From an uncultured bacterium (GTDB lineage: Bacteria > Krumholzibacteriota > Krumholzibacteriia > LZORAL124-64-63), in contig CAVSGO010000007.1 of the NCBI GenBank assembly GCA_963727525.1, forward strand, positions 1,248,001 to 1,312,000: a stretch of 64,000 nucleotides of DNA, given 5' to 3'. A model generated the notes under the pieces. That model saw nothing but the letters and a program-made list of their open reading frames with translations, did no database searches and had not been told where the DNA came from. Below are positions 1 through 9,471 of this stretch, one piece after another (within the stretch, counting starts at the first letter, position 1; every line of letters begins with the position of its first letter). The position numbers and the translations under genes were made by a program.

Positions 1-1171
1 CCTTCTTGGTCTTCAGGTACTCGAGGTTGCGCAGATTCGGTCGGATCTCCAGCGGTACCCGATCGACGATGTGCAGACCGTAGCTGTCGAGCCCGACGAT
101 CTTGCGCGGATTGTTCGTCATCAGCCGCATCTCGCGCACGCCCAGATCGCGCAGCATCTGGGCGCCGAGTCCATACTCGCGCAGATCGGCCGGAAAGCCC
201 AGGCGGTGGTTGGCCTCGACGGTGTCCAGGCCCGCGTCCTGCAGATCATAGGCCTTGAGCTTGTTCAGCAGGCCGATGCCGCGCCCTTCCTGCCGCATGT
301 ACAGCAGCACGCCGCGCCCCTCGGCCTCGATGGCCGTGAGCGCCGCCTCGAGCTGCTCGCCACAGTCGCAGCGGAGACTGTGGAAGAGGTCACCGGTGAG
401 GCACTCGCTGTGCACCCGCACCAGGGTGGGCTCCTCGGTCACGATGTCGCCCTTGACCAGCGCCAGGTGCACGAGGCTGTCGACGCTGGTGGTGTAGGCG
501 ATCATGCGGAAGTTGCCGTGCCGCGCGGGCATGGCCACGTCGGCCGCGCGTGTGACGAGCTGCTCATGGCCACGCCGCCAGCGGATGAGGTCGGCGATGG
601 AGATGAGCCTAAGGTCGTGCTCCCGTGCAAGCTCCAGCAGGCGCGGCAGACGCGCCATGCTGCCGTCGTCGTCCATGATCTCGCAGAGGATGCCCGCCGG
701 GGTGAGCCCGGCCGCCCTGCAGAGATCGACCACGGCCTCCGTATGCCCGGCCCGCCGCAGCACGCCGCCGTTCACCGCCTCCAGCGGAAAGACATGCCCG
801 GGTCGCGCCAGATCCTGCGACCGCGTCTGCGGGTCGATGAACACTTGCACCGTACGCGCACGGTCGTGCGCGCTGATGCCCGTCGTGGTGCCGGTGGCGG
901 CGTCCACGCTCACGGTGAACTGCGTACCAAGACTGGCCGTATTGCGCGCCACCATGGGCTGCAGCTCCAGCTCACGCATACGTTCGCCGGTGGCGGCCAG
1001 GCACACGAGACCGCGCCCGTGCTTGGCGACGAAGTTGATCGCCTGGGGCGTCACCTTGTCGGCGGCCATGACGAAATCGCCCTCGTTCTCGCGGTCCTCA
1101 TCGTCGACCACGATGATGAGCTCGCCGCGCTTCAACGCTTCGAGAGCGGAATCGATGGTGTCGAGGGTCAT
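1..1171 (-). CDS. ribBA: Bifunctional DHBP synthase / GTP cyclohydrolase II (3' end runs off the window; not in the ORF track)
   Basis: Minus-strand translation from ATG 1171: [34 protein letters not shown]...; later [20 protein letters not shown] and [13 protein letters not shown] overlap with the ribE stop. Confidence 0.95.
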   Translation of the reverse strand, partial: MTLDTIDSALEALKRGELIIVVDDEDRENEGDFVMAADKVTPQAINFVAKHGRGLVCLAATGERMRELELQPMVARNTASLGTQFTVSVDAATGTTTGISAHDRARTVQVFIDPQTRSQDLARPGHVFPLEAVNGGVLRRAGHTEAVVDLCRAAGLTPAGILCEIMDDDGSMARLPRLLELAREHDLRLISIADLIRWRRGHEQLVTRAADVAMPARHGNFRMIAYTTSVDSLVHLALVKGDIVTEEPTLVRVHSECLTGDLFHSLRCDCGEQLEAALTAIEAEGRGVLLYMRQEGRGIGLLNKLKAYDLQDAGLDTVEANHRLGFPADLREYGLGAQMLRDLGVREMRLMTNNPRKIVGLDSYGLHIVDRVPLEIRPNLRNLEYLKTKK

Positions 1172-1833
1172 GATCTCTCCCCTGAGTCGCGGCTCCAGCC
1201 GCGCGCGAGGATGAAGCCGAGGTCGGGCACCTGGGCCGCGACCTCCGCCCGCCGCCCCGTGCGGGCGGCCTTGACAAGCACATCCATCTCCAGATTCACG
1301 CGCCGCCCCCGCCGGGCCTGCGCGAACGTCGTCCAGCGAAGCGTGTGCGGGATGAGGTTCAAGGTGAAGCGGTCGACATGCGGACCGGCATCCACCGTGA
1401 GGCTGACACCGTCCACTGCGACCGACCCCTTGGGCATGAGCCACTGGACGAGATCCGCGCCGCATGCCACCGTCATCAAGAAGCTGGCGCCTTGCGGCCT
1501 GATGGCCGCGATGGTGCCCGTGCCGTCCACGTGACCCTGCACGAGGTGCCCGTCCAGCGCCTGACCGGCCTGCAGCGCGGGTTCGAGATGGAGACGATCG
1601 CCGGCGCGCCAGCCTGCCAGCGTGGTGACCCGCAGCGTCTCGGCCGCGGCTTCCACGGTGACGGCGTCGCGCGCATGATCCGTGACGGTGAGGCAGATGC
1701 CATTGACGGCAAGCGAGTCGCCGGCCTTCAGCGCCGGCGCCGTCCGGGGCGCGCCGATTGTCAGACGCGCGAGCTGCCGCGTCGTGTGCATGGCGCGCAG
1801 GGTGCCGATCTCGCGGATGAGGCCCGTGAACAC
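1168..1833 (-). CDS. ribE: Riboflavin synthase (alpha chain)
   Basis: GTG start giving (M)[47 protein letters not shown]. Confidence 0.95.
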   Translation of the reverse strand: MFTGLIREIGTLRAMHTTRQLARLTIGAPRTAPALKAGDSLAVNGICLTVTDHARDAVTVEAAAETLRVTTLAGWRAGDRLHLEPALQAGQALDGHLVQGHVDGTGTIAAIRPQGASFLMTVACGADLVQWLMPKGSVAVDGVSLTVDAGPHVDRFTLNLIPHTLRWTTFAQARRGRRVNLEMDVLVKAARTGRRAEVAAQVPDLGFILARGWSRDSGERS

Positions 1834-1834
1834 G

Positions 1835-2938
1835 TCACTCCCCTCCCGCAAGCTGGCGACGCGTGGCCGCGAAGTCGGTGTGGTCCCAGACGGCGCACAG
1901 ATCGTTGCCCACCTGGTCGGTGCGTGTGAGAGAGAACGCCTCGACCGGGCCGCTCGTGCTCGACGGCCACGACGGGCCGTCGCCGAGCACGACCGGCGCC
2001 GTGTATTGCACCCAGCGATCCACGAGCCCGGCCGCAAGGAAGCTCGCCGCCAGCCGCGGCCCGCCCTCCAGCAGCACCGTGTGCACGTGCCGCGACGACG
2101 ACGCCTCGAGCAGCGCGGTCGGATGGATCCCGTTGCGCCCCGCCGGGCAGCGCAGCACGTCGAAACCCGCAGGCGGCGTGCCGTTGGCCGTGTGCGCACA
2201 GAACACGAGACCGCTCTCGCGCCGTAGCCCACTCTCGAGTTCGAGCCGCGTGTCGACGTAGCCGACCAGCGGCAGCGCCTGCGGACAGCACGCGTCGTCG
2301 ACCACGAGCCGCGTGTCGAGGCGCGGACGGTCGGCCTCCGCCGTACCGCGCCCCACGAGCACGAGGTCGAGCCATCGGCGCCTCTCGTGCACGCGCCGGC
2401 GCGCCGACTCGCTGGTGAGGTAGACCGGCCCGGCCGCGAGCTTGGCCGCCGGCGCGAAGCGCCCGTCGAGACTCTGCGCCGTCTTCAGTTCCACGTAGGG
2501 CCGGGCGAAGCCCTCGGTGACGACGAATGGCCACACCAGTTCGAGGCAGGCATCGGCTTCGACGCCGAGCATGACCTCCACGCCCTCGCCCACCAGCCGC
2601 GCCAGTCCCCCGCCCTTGACGGTGGGATTGGGGTCCCGCACTCCGCATACGACGCGCGTGATGCCCGCCTGCAGGATCGCCTCGGTGCACGGCGGCGTGC
2701 GCCCGTGGTGATTGCAGGGCTCGAGGGTGCAGAACAAGGTGGCGCCGCGCGCGCGCGCGCCGGCCTCGCCAAGGGCCACGCGCTCGGCGTGAGGTCGGCC
2801 GGGCCCGTGGTGGGCTCCACGCCCGACGACCTCGCCGTCGCTTACGACGAGTGTGCCCACCGGCGGGTTCGGCCACGTCCGTCGCGGCAACCGCCCCGCC
2901 AGTTGCAAAGCCTCGTTCATATACTGCGCATCGCGCAA
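1835..2938 (-). CDS. ribD: Riboflavin biosynthesis deaminase/reductase
   Basis: PNPPVG, HAE, TLEPCNHHGRTPPC, SLDG, LEGG motifs. Start is TTG 2938 or ATG 2920. Confidence 0.95.
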   Translation of the reverse strand: MRDAQYMNEALQLAGRLPRRTWPNPPVGTLVVSDGEVVGRGAHHGPGRPHAERVALGEAGARARGATLFCTLEPCNHHGRTPPCTEAILQAGITRVVCGVRDPNPTVKGGGLARLVGEGVEVMLGVEADACLELVWPFVVTEGFARPYVELKTAQSLDGRFAPAAKLAAGPVYLTSESARRRVHERRRWLDLVLVGRGTAEADRPRLDTRLVVDDACCPQALPLVGYVDTRLELESGLRRESGLVFCAHTANGTPPAGFDVLRCPAGRNGIHPTALLEASSSRHVHTVLLEGGPRLAASFLAAGLVDRWVQYTAPVVLGDGPSWPSSTSGPVEAFSLTRTDQVGNDLCAVWDHTDFAATRRQLAGGE

Positions 2939-2992
2939 GACGGTAGACCCTTCGTCCGTGCCGGCACGAAGGGAGAGGCGGGGGTCTGGCCC

Positions 2993-3106
2993 CAACTTCT
3001 CCCATCCGGACTGTGACCGTCGGCTCCGGAATCTCACCGGATCGTGCCCTTGCGGGCTCGCGGGCTTTCACCGCCGGTGGGGACTTCCACCCCGCCCTGA
3101 AGTTGG
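2993..3106 (-). ncRNA. FMN riboswitch (RFN element)
   Basis: Minus strand reads TTCAGGGCGGGGTGGAAGTCCCCACCGGCGGT...AGCCCGCGAGC...GATCCGGTGAGATTCCGGAGCCGACGGT...AGTCCGGATGGGAGAAG, the canonical RFN pattern, directly upstream of ribD. Confidence 0.97.
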
Positions 3107-3119
3107 ATCTGGCTGCCCC

Positions 3120-3148
3120 AAAATAGCTGGCAGTGTTCGAGCGGTCAA
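3120..3148 (-). promoter_or_regulatory. sigma70-type promoter of the rib leader
   Basis: TTGACC-N17-TATTTT about 14 nt upstream of the aptamer. Confidence 0.65.
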
Positions 3149-3360
3149 GCCGACTGCTCGTGCCCGAATCGGTGACAGCGACTGCACACCGCGATCGGAT
3201 TGCTCGGGTCGCCCACCACGGCGCTGGCGGATTCCCCGCGGATCAATGCCTACGACCCGGTTGCGCACCACGTCCGTGCCGCCCGTATCTCACCGTCGGC
3301 AACGCCGGCGCGACGCGGACGACGAGGTATATGGCCATCGTCCCCCGCAACGCAACGCCC

Positions 3361-4392
3361 CTACTCCCGCACCTCCTCTTCGGGCACCATCTCCGACACC
3401 AGCGCCACGCTGAACGCATCCGCGTCGAACACCGCGAGGTCGTCGACCGTCTCCCCCATGCCGACGTACTTCACGGGTAGCCCGATCGACTCGGCGATGG
3501 CGACCACGATTCCGCCCTTGGCGGTGCCGTCGAGCTTGGTCAAGAAGAGCCCCTCCACCGGGATCGTCTCCGCGAAGATCTTTGCCTGCTGCAGGCCATT
3601 CTGCCCGGTGTTCGCATCGACCACCAGCAACGTCTCGGGATCGCGGCCCGTGCGCTTGCGAATCACGCGAGCGACCTTGGCGAGCTCATCCATGAGGTTG
3701 GTCTTGGTGTGCAATCGCCCCGCCGTGTCGACGATCACCACGTCGCAACCGCGCGCCGCGGCCGCGTTCAGAGCGTCGTACACGACGGCCGCGGGGTCGG
3801 CGCCGTGCCCCTGGGACACGCAGGGCACGCCCACGCGGTCGGCCCAGACCTGGAGCTGCTCGACGGCAGCAGCGCGGAACGTGTCGCCCGCGGCCAGCAG
3901 CACCGAACGACCCTCGTCCTTGTACAGCTTGGCGAGCTTGGCGATGGAGGTCGTCTTGCCGGTACCGTTCACGCCGACCACGAAGATGACCTGCAACGCA
4001 GCCGCCGCCGCGTCGACGGCGGGCGCCTCCGCGGCGGCAGCGTCGCGCTTCTTCTTCGACTTCTTGCCGCCACTGTCCAGCGCATCCTCCCACCGCGGCG
4101 GATGCACCTTGGGTTTCGCCTCGGTGAGGATCTTGCGCACGTCGCCGCGGATGATGCCCACCACCGAGGCCAGCGTGGCCTCGCCCTTCTCTTCGCGCAC
4201 GCGCTTCTCGATGTTGCGCGTGATGGCGACGGCCGACTGCACGCCCATGTCGGCGGAGATGAGCAGTTCCTCGAGCTGGTCGAGGGTGTCCTCGTCGAGC
4301 TTCACGCCGCCGCGGAAGAGCTTCTGCAGCCCACCCACCATGTTGTCGCGGGTCTTGGTCATACCCTGCTTGAAGCGATCGAACAGCCCCAT
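3361..4392 (-). CDS. ftsY: SRP receptor FtsY
   Basis: GVNGTGKTT, DTFRAAA, DTAGR, TKLDGTAKGG. Confidence 0.97.
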   Translation of the reverse strand: MGLFDRFKQGMTKTRDNMVGGLQKLFRGGVKLDEDTLDQLEELLISADMGVQSAVAITRNIEKRVREEKGEATLASVVGIIRGDVRKILTEAKPKVHPPRWEDALDSGGKKSKKKRDAAAAEAPAVDAAAAALQVIFVVGVNGTGKTTSIAKLAKLYKDEGRSVLLAAGDTFRAAAVEQLQVWADRVGVPCVSQGHGADPAAVVYDALNAAAARGCDVVIVDTAGRLHTKTNLMDELAKVARVIRKRTGRDPETLLVVDANTGQNGLQQAKIFAETIPVEGLFLTKLDGTAKGGIVVAIAESIGLPVKYVGMGETVDDLAVFDADAFSVALVSEMVPEEEVRE

Positions 4393-7300
4393 CAGCCGGT
4401 GGCCTCCCCAGTCTCGGGTTCCGCGGTCGCCATCTCGTCGTCGGACTCGTCGGCGGCCGGCGCCTTCGCGTCCTCCGTCCGGTCGATGTCCTGTCGCCGC
4501 GAGGCGATCGCGCCCGCCAGTTCGGCGTCGCTCTGCGTCTGCGCCACGTCCTTGAACGACACCGACACGACGCTGGAGACGCCCTGCTCCATCATGGTGA
4601 CGCCGTAGAGATGGTTGGCCGTTTCCATGGTGAGTTTGTTGTGCGTGATCACGAGGAACTGCGTGTTCTTCGAAAACTCGCGCAGCATGGTGACGAAGCG
4701 GCCGATGTTCGTGTCATCGAGGGGCGCGTCGGCCTCGTCGAGCATGCAGAAGGGCGACGGCTTCACGAGGTACACGGCGAAGAGGATCGACAGGGCTGTG
4801 AGGCAACGCTCGCCGCCCGAGAGCAGCGACACGTGGTCGATCACCTTGCCCGTGGGCTGGGCCACGATCTGGATCTCGCTTTCCAGCGGGTCGTCGGTCT
4901 TCTGCAGGATGAGGTCGGCACGCCCGCCGCGGAAGAGCGTCTGGAACACCGCGACGTAGTTGCGGCGCACCTCCTCGAAGGTATCCGCGAAGAGCTTGCG
5001 CGCCGTGCGGTTGATCTCGCCGATCGCCTTCTCGAGATCGGCCCGGGCCTTGGACACGTCCGTCTGCTGGCCGGTGAGGAATTCGAGGCGCACCTTCTTG
5101 GTGTCATACTCCTCGAGGGCGAGGTGGTTGATCGGCCCCAGCGATGCGAGCTGCTGCTTCTTGTCGTTCAGCAGCGATTCGGCCTGGCTGAACTGGAAGA
5201 CGCCCTCCTCGCGTTCCAGCTCTCGCGGCAGGTGCTCGGGATCCACCTGGGCGACCAGCTCGGCAAACCCGCCAGTGTACTGCTCCTCGATCCTCTCCTC
5301 GAGGTTGTTGCGGCGCAGGTCGAGGGTGGCGAGCTCGGTCTCGAGCTGGTGGATCTGATCGCGGCAGCCGGTGCGCTGGTCCTCGATGGCCTTCGTACGG
5401 TCGTGCCACTGCGCCGTCTGCTGGTGCAGCTCCTGGATCGCCGCCGCCGCATTGCGCAGGATGGAGCGACGACGCTCCCGTTCCTGGAACTGGCCCATCA
5501 GCACGTCACGGCGCTCGGCGAGGTCGGTGTCGAGCTTCTCGGCCTCGGCGCGCTGGTGTTCTCCCTCCTGAACCAGACGCTCGCGGCGTCCCAGCAGCTC
5601 GGTGAGATTCTGACGCAGGTGAGACAGCGTGGTCTCGGCCTGGCGGCGCTCCCCCTCGCGGCGCTGCTGCACCAGGCGTTGCTCCTCGAGGGTGTATCGC
5701 AGCTCGTCGCGCCGCGCCTCGGCCTCCTGCACGCGGGTGCGTAGCTCGTCGCGGCGCACGGTGGTGTCCTGCCGTTGCTGCGTGGACGCGCTGAGGCGGT
5801 CCTGCAGCGCCTGCTCCTGTTCGGTCAGCTCGGCTATGGCGGTGGCAAGGCGTCCGCCCTCGGTCTGGAGGTCGTCGCGGCGGCGCAGGGCCGCCTGACG
5901 ACGGTCATCGAGCTGGGCAAGGGCCACTTGCGCGGTGTTCAGCTCGGCGTCGAGGGCCGCAAGATCCTCGCGCCCCTGCTGCAGCAGCCGCCGCAGCTCC
6001 TCCCGTCGGGTCTGGTTGGCGGCGACGGCAGCGGTGGCCGCGGCCACGCGCGCCTCGAGCGACTCCACCTCGGCCGCGAGCTGGTCGAGCTTGTCGCCGC
6101 GCCCGAGGACGCTCACCTCGCCGCGCTCCCGCGCGCCGCCGCGCACGAGGCCATCGGAGGTGATCAACAGACCGCTCGGCGACAGGCACACCAGCGGCGC
6201 CTCGCCAGTATGGTTGCGCGCCGCGGCCAGAGCCGCGTCGTCGTCGCGGCACAGCACGGTGCGCGCGAGCAGACGATGCAGGTATGGCAGCGCCACCGCT
6301 GGACCGGTGGCCACATCGAGAGCCGGCGTGGCGCCATCCAACCGCACGATCTCGCCGGCAGGCCCCTTTTCGACGTCGCACAGGAAAGTGGCCAGGCCAT
6401 GCTGACCCTCCCGCAGCTCGCCGGCAAGGGACGAGGCGAGACCCGGATCGCTGACCACGACGGCGTCGAGCATCTCCCCGCAGAGGATCTCGAAGGCGAG
6501 TGTCCACGCCTCGGGCACGCGCAAGGCATCGCCGAGGCCGCCACGCACCTCGTCGCGGTGGCCGTGGTGCGTCAGCACGTGCTTGGCGCCCTCGCCATAA
6601 CCCTGAAACTCGGAGGCCAGGGTCCGCAGCATGTCGAGGCGGCCCACGGCCGACTCGCGGCGGCCGGTGGCCATGGATAGATCGGCCTGCAGGTCCTGCC
6701 CGCGCACCTCGAGGTCGGTGGTCTGGCGCTCGGTGGCGGCAAGGTGATGCAGCAGGTCGCGCCGCCGCTCGCCGAGGCGATCGCGCGTCTCGCGGTGTGT
6801 GGTCACCTCGCTCTCGGCAGCCGCGGCCTCGCGGGCGAGCGTCTCGCGCTCCTCTTCCAGAAGTGTGAGACGCTCCTGCCGGTTCTCGCGCTTCACTTGC
6901 AGCTCGCGCACCTCGCTGCGGAAGCCGGCATCGGTCTCGATGACCTGCATGTTGAGCTGCACGGCGTCCTCGAGGGACGCGCGATCGCTCGCCAGCGCCT
7001 GATCCATGAGCTGCAGCTCCTCGGTGCGCTCGGCCAGCTCGGTCGCGGCGGCGGCGATGGCCTGCTCCACGTCCTGCAGGTGCTGCTCCATGCCAGTGAT
7101 GCGGGCGTCAACGTCTGTGTGCTGGGCGTCGGCCTCCTTGCCGCCCTGCTGCGCCTCCTCGCTGCGCCGGCGCAGCTCCACGATGCGCTGCTCGATGACC
7201 ACCACCTGGCGCTCGCATTCCTGCAGTTCCTCCTCGAACGCTTGCAGCGATTCCTCGAGCTGGCGTCGCTCGGCCTCGCGCTCGTCGATGAGCGGCCGTT

Positions 7301-8114
7301 GCTGTTCGATGCTGGCGCGCAGGGTGTTCAGCTCGCCGCTGTCGGACTCCGCCGTCGTGCGCAGCTCGTCGATGCGCCCATGGATCTCGCGGTCGCGCTG
7401 GTCGAGCTGCTCGCGTCGCCGGGACGCGAGGCTCAGATCGAGGGCGCGGATCTCCTGGAATAGCCGCTGGTGACGACGTGCCTTGCCCACCTGCCTGGCC
7501 AGCGACCGCACCTCGCGCCCGATCTCGTCGATGATGTCGTTGAGTCGCAGCAGATCCTGCGACGTGCGGTCGAGCTTGCGTTGCGTCTCCTTGCGCCGGG
7601 CCTTGTACTTCGTGATGCCCGAGCCTTCCTCGAGCAGGTGGCGCAGCTCCTGGTTGTTCTCGTTGAGGATCTGCTTGATCATCGACTCCTCGATGATCGA
7701 GTAGCTGGCGTTGTTCACGCCACTGTCCCACATGAGGTCGCGCAGATCCTTGAGCCGGCAGGGCGACCCGTTCAGATAGTACTCGCTCGTGCCGTCGCGA
7801 GTGACGCGACGCTTGATCGCCACCTCGTCGAAGTCGATGGGAATGCGGCCGTCGTCGTTGGTGAAGGTGACGGTGACCTCGGCCATGCCCACGGGCTTGC
7901 GCTTCGTCGTGCCCTTGAAGACGACGTCGTCCATGCGGTCGCCACGCAGCGTCTTGGCCGACTGCTCGCCGAGCACCCAGCGGAACGCGTCGACGACGTT
8001 GGACTTGCCGCAGCCATTCGGCCCCAGCACCGCCGTGATGCCCTCGTCGAAGGTGAGCACGGTGCGATCGACGAACGACTTGAATCCCTGGAGTTCGAGG
8101 CGCTTGAGTTTCAC
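4392..8114 (-). CDS. smc: Chromosome segregation protein SMC
   Basis: GFKSF, GPNGCGKSN, long coiled coils with a hinge, LSGGE, LDEADAPLD. Confidence 0.97.
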   Translation of the reverse strand: MKLKRLELQGFKSFVDRTVLTFDEGITAVLGPNGCGKSNVVDAFRWVLGEQSAKTLRGDRMDDVVFKGTTKRKPVGMAEVTVTFTNDDGRIPIDFDEVAIKRRVTRDGTSEYYLNGSPCRLKDLRDLMWDSGVNNASYSIIEESMIKQILNENNQELRHLLEEGSGITKYKARRKETQRKLDRTSQDLLRLNDIIDEIGREVRSLARQVGKARRHQRLFQEIRALDLSLASRRREQLDQRDREIHGRIDELRTTAESDSGELNTLRASIEQQRPLIDEREAERRQLEESLQAFEEELQECERQVVVIEQRIVELRRRSEEAQQGGKEADAQHTDVDARITGMEQHLQDVEQAIAAAATELAERTEELQLMDQALASDRASLEDAVQLNMQVIETDAGFRSEVRELQVKRENRQERLTLLEEERETLAREAAAAESEVTTHRETRDRLGERRRDLLHHLAATERQTTDLEVRGQDLQADLSMATGRRESAVGRLDMLRTLASEFQGYGEGAKHVLTHHGHRDEVRGGLGDALRVPEAWTLAFEILCGEMLDAVVVSDPGLASSLAGELREGQHGLATFLCDVEKGPAGEIVRLDGATPALDVATGPAVALPYLHRLLARTVLCRDDDAALAAARNHTGEAPLVCLSPSGLLITSDGLVRGGARERGEVSVLGRGDKLDQLAAEVESLEARVAAATAAVAANQTRREELRRLLQQGREDLAALDAELNTAQVALAQLDDRRQAALRRRDDLQTEGGRLATAIAELTEQEQALQDRLSASTQQRQDTTVRRDELRTRVQEAEARRDELRYTLEEQRLVQQRREGERRQAETTLSHLRQNLTELLGRRERLVQEGEHQRAEAEKLDTDLAERRDVLMGQFQERERRRSILRNAAAAIQELHQQTAQWHDRTKAIEDQRTGCRDQIHQLETELATLDLRRNNLEERIEEQYTGGFAELVAQVDPEHLPRELEREEGVFQFSQAESLLNDKKQQLASLGPINHLALEEYDTKKVRLEFLTGQQTDVSKARADLEKAIGEINRTARKLFADTFEEVRRNYVAVFQTLFRGGRADLILQKTDDPLESEIQIVAQPTGKVIDHVSLLSGGERCLTALSILFAVYLVKPSPFCMLDEADAPLDDTNIGRFVTMLREFSKNTQFLVITHNKLTMETANHLYGVTMMEQGVSSVVSVSFKDVAQTQSDAELAGAIASRRQDIDRTEDAKAPAADESDDEMATAEPETGEATG

Positions 8115-8129
8115 GGATGGTCCTTCTCT

Positions 8130-9467
8130 CTAGAATCGAACTGGCGCGGCCCAGTCGGTCTCGAGGCGTTCCTTGAGGGCGGGCACGGCTTCCCGCGCGG
8201 CGGCGTGACTGGGGAAGTTCCCCACGTAGACGCGATACCAGGTGCCCTTGTCCTTGACCGGCACGGCGCGGTAGGTGCCGATGACGTGCTTGCGCGCCAG
8301 CTCCCGCAGCTCGCGCTCGGCGAGATCCTCGGTGGCCAGCGAGTAGACCCACACCGCCCAGCCGTCGCGCCCCACGGGCGTGGTATAGAGGGAGTCGTCG
8401 GCAGCCACCGGTAGCGCCGTGGTGTCGACCACGGCGGGAGCCGTCTCGGCGAGCGTGACCACGGTTTCGGGCGTGGACTGGGCGACCGTCTCTGGCGGCG
8501 CGCTCACCAGCGTGGTCGACGACGACGCGCTGGCGCGCGGCAGCTCGCGCACCGCCGGCGACACCGCCACGGGTTCGGCGACGTGCCGCGAGTCGAGGTA
8601 GAAGTAGCCCAGCAGAAGCAGGCACACCACGGCGGCGATCGCCACGAACCAGAAGATGCCCGACGAGCGGCGCGACGGCTCGGCGTCGGCGGCGGTGTCG
8701 TCGATCGAGAAGCTCGGAATCGGGGGCGCGGTGGCCTCGCTCACCGTGATCTTGACCTCGTCCGGTTCCAGACGCTCGACGGCCGCGTACTCCTCCACGC
8801 CGAACCCCACGAGTCCACAGGGCGCGATGCCGGCGGCGTGCAGCTCGTCGATGAGCCGCTGCGTGGCCTCGTCATCTCGCGTGAGGCGATCCCAGCCGAG
8901 CAGGCAGAGGTCGGCGCCGTCGCACCACGGCCGCGCGGCCGCGGTGGCTCGCGCCACGATCACGAGGTCGTCGCCCTGACGCCGCAGGCGCCCGACGAGT
9001 TCGGTGATCTCGTCGGGCGTGGCACCCGTGGGTGTGAAGGAGCCCACGCCGACCGCGGCACCGCGACGGCCCGCCGACGGCAGAACGTCGCTGGCCATGT
9101 GCAGCGACGCGCCGTAGCGGACCATGTCGATCCAACCTTCCTGCTCGGCGCGCCCTATCCAGCGCGTGAGTTGCGGATCGCGATCGTCCCCGTCGACGAG
9201 TACCACGGCTTGCCCGCGATCGGCCAGCATGCGAGCCACGACGAGAGCGGCGGCCGCCGCCGTGGGTCCCTGATCCGGAGCGTCGAGGAAGACCCACGTC
9301 CGCGGCGACGTACGGCCGCCGAGCATGGCATCGAGGTCCGCGTCCAGCACCGAGTGCTGGACCATATGGGCCACCTCGTCCCAGAATCCGCCGCCACCGT
9401 GCAGATCGAGCTCCGGCAGGTTGAGACCGGTGGAGTACAACGGCAGGTCACCAGGCAACGACGCCAT
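8130..9467 (-). CDS. SPOR-domain membrane protein with a degenerate N-terminal MinD/ParA/Wzc-like domain
   Basis: VARMLADRGQAVVLVDGD; TM segment IFWFVAIAAVVCLLLLGYFYL; C-terminal GTWYRVYVGNFPSHAAA (SPOR-like). Confidence 0.7.
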   Translation of the reverse strand: MASLPGDLPLYSTGLNLPELDLHGGGGFWDEVAHMVQHSVLDADLDAMLGGRTSPRTWVFLDAPDQGPTAAAAALVVARMLADRGQAVVLVDGDDRDPQLTRWIGRAEQEGWIDMVRYGASLHMASDVLPSAGRRGAAVGVGSFTPTGATPDEITELVGRLRRQGDDLVIVARATAAARPWCDGADLCLLGWDRLTRDDEATQRLIDELHAAGIAPCGLVGFGVEEYAAVERLEPDEVKITVSEATAPPIPSFSIDDTAADAEPSRRSSGIFWFVAIAAVVCLLLLGYFYLDSRHVAEPVAVSPAVRELPRASASSSTTLVSAPPETVAQSTPETVVTLAETAPAVVDTTALPVAADDSLYTTPVGRDGWAVWVYSLATEDLAERELRELARKHVIGTYRAVPVKDKGTWYRVYVGNFPSHAAAREAVPALKERLETDWAAPVRF

Positions 9468-9471
9468 TTCA

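Noticed and set aside
71-1534. 487-aa plus-strand ORF and the many other long antisense or alternate-frame ORFs in the track (e.g. 9527-11263, 30525-32276, 54003-56327)
   Set aside because: They are shadows of well-supported genes in high-GC DNA, Arg/Ala/Pro-rich and without family motifs.
3150-3360. ncRNA or small ORF (MAIYLVVRV..., 31 aa) between ftsY and the rib promoter
   Set aside because: Only short inverted repeats, no recognisable RNA family and no protein motif; unsupported without conservation data.
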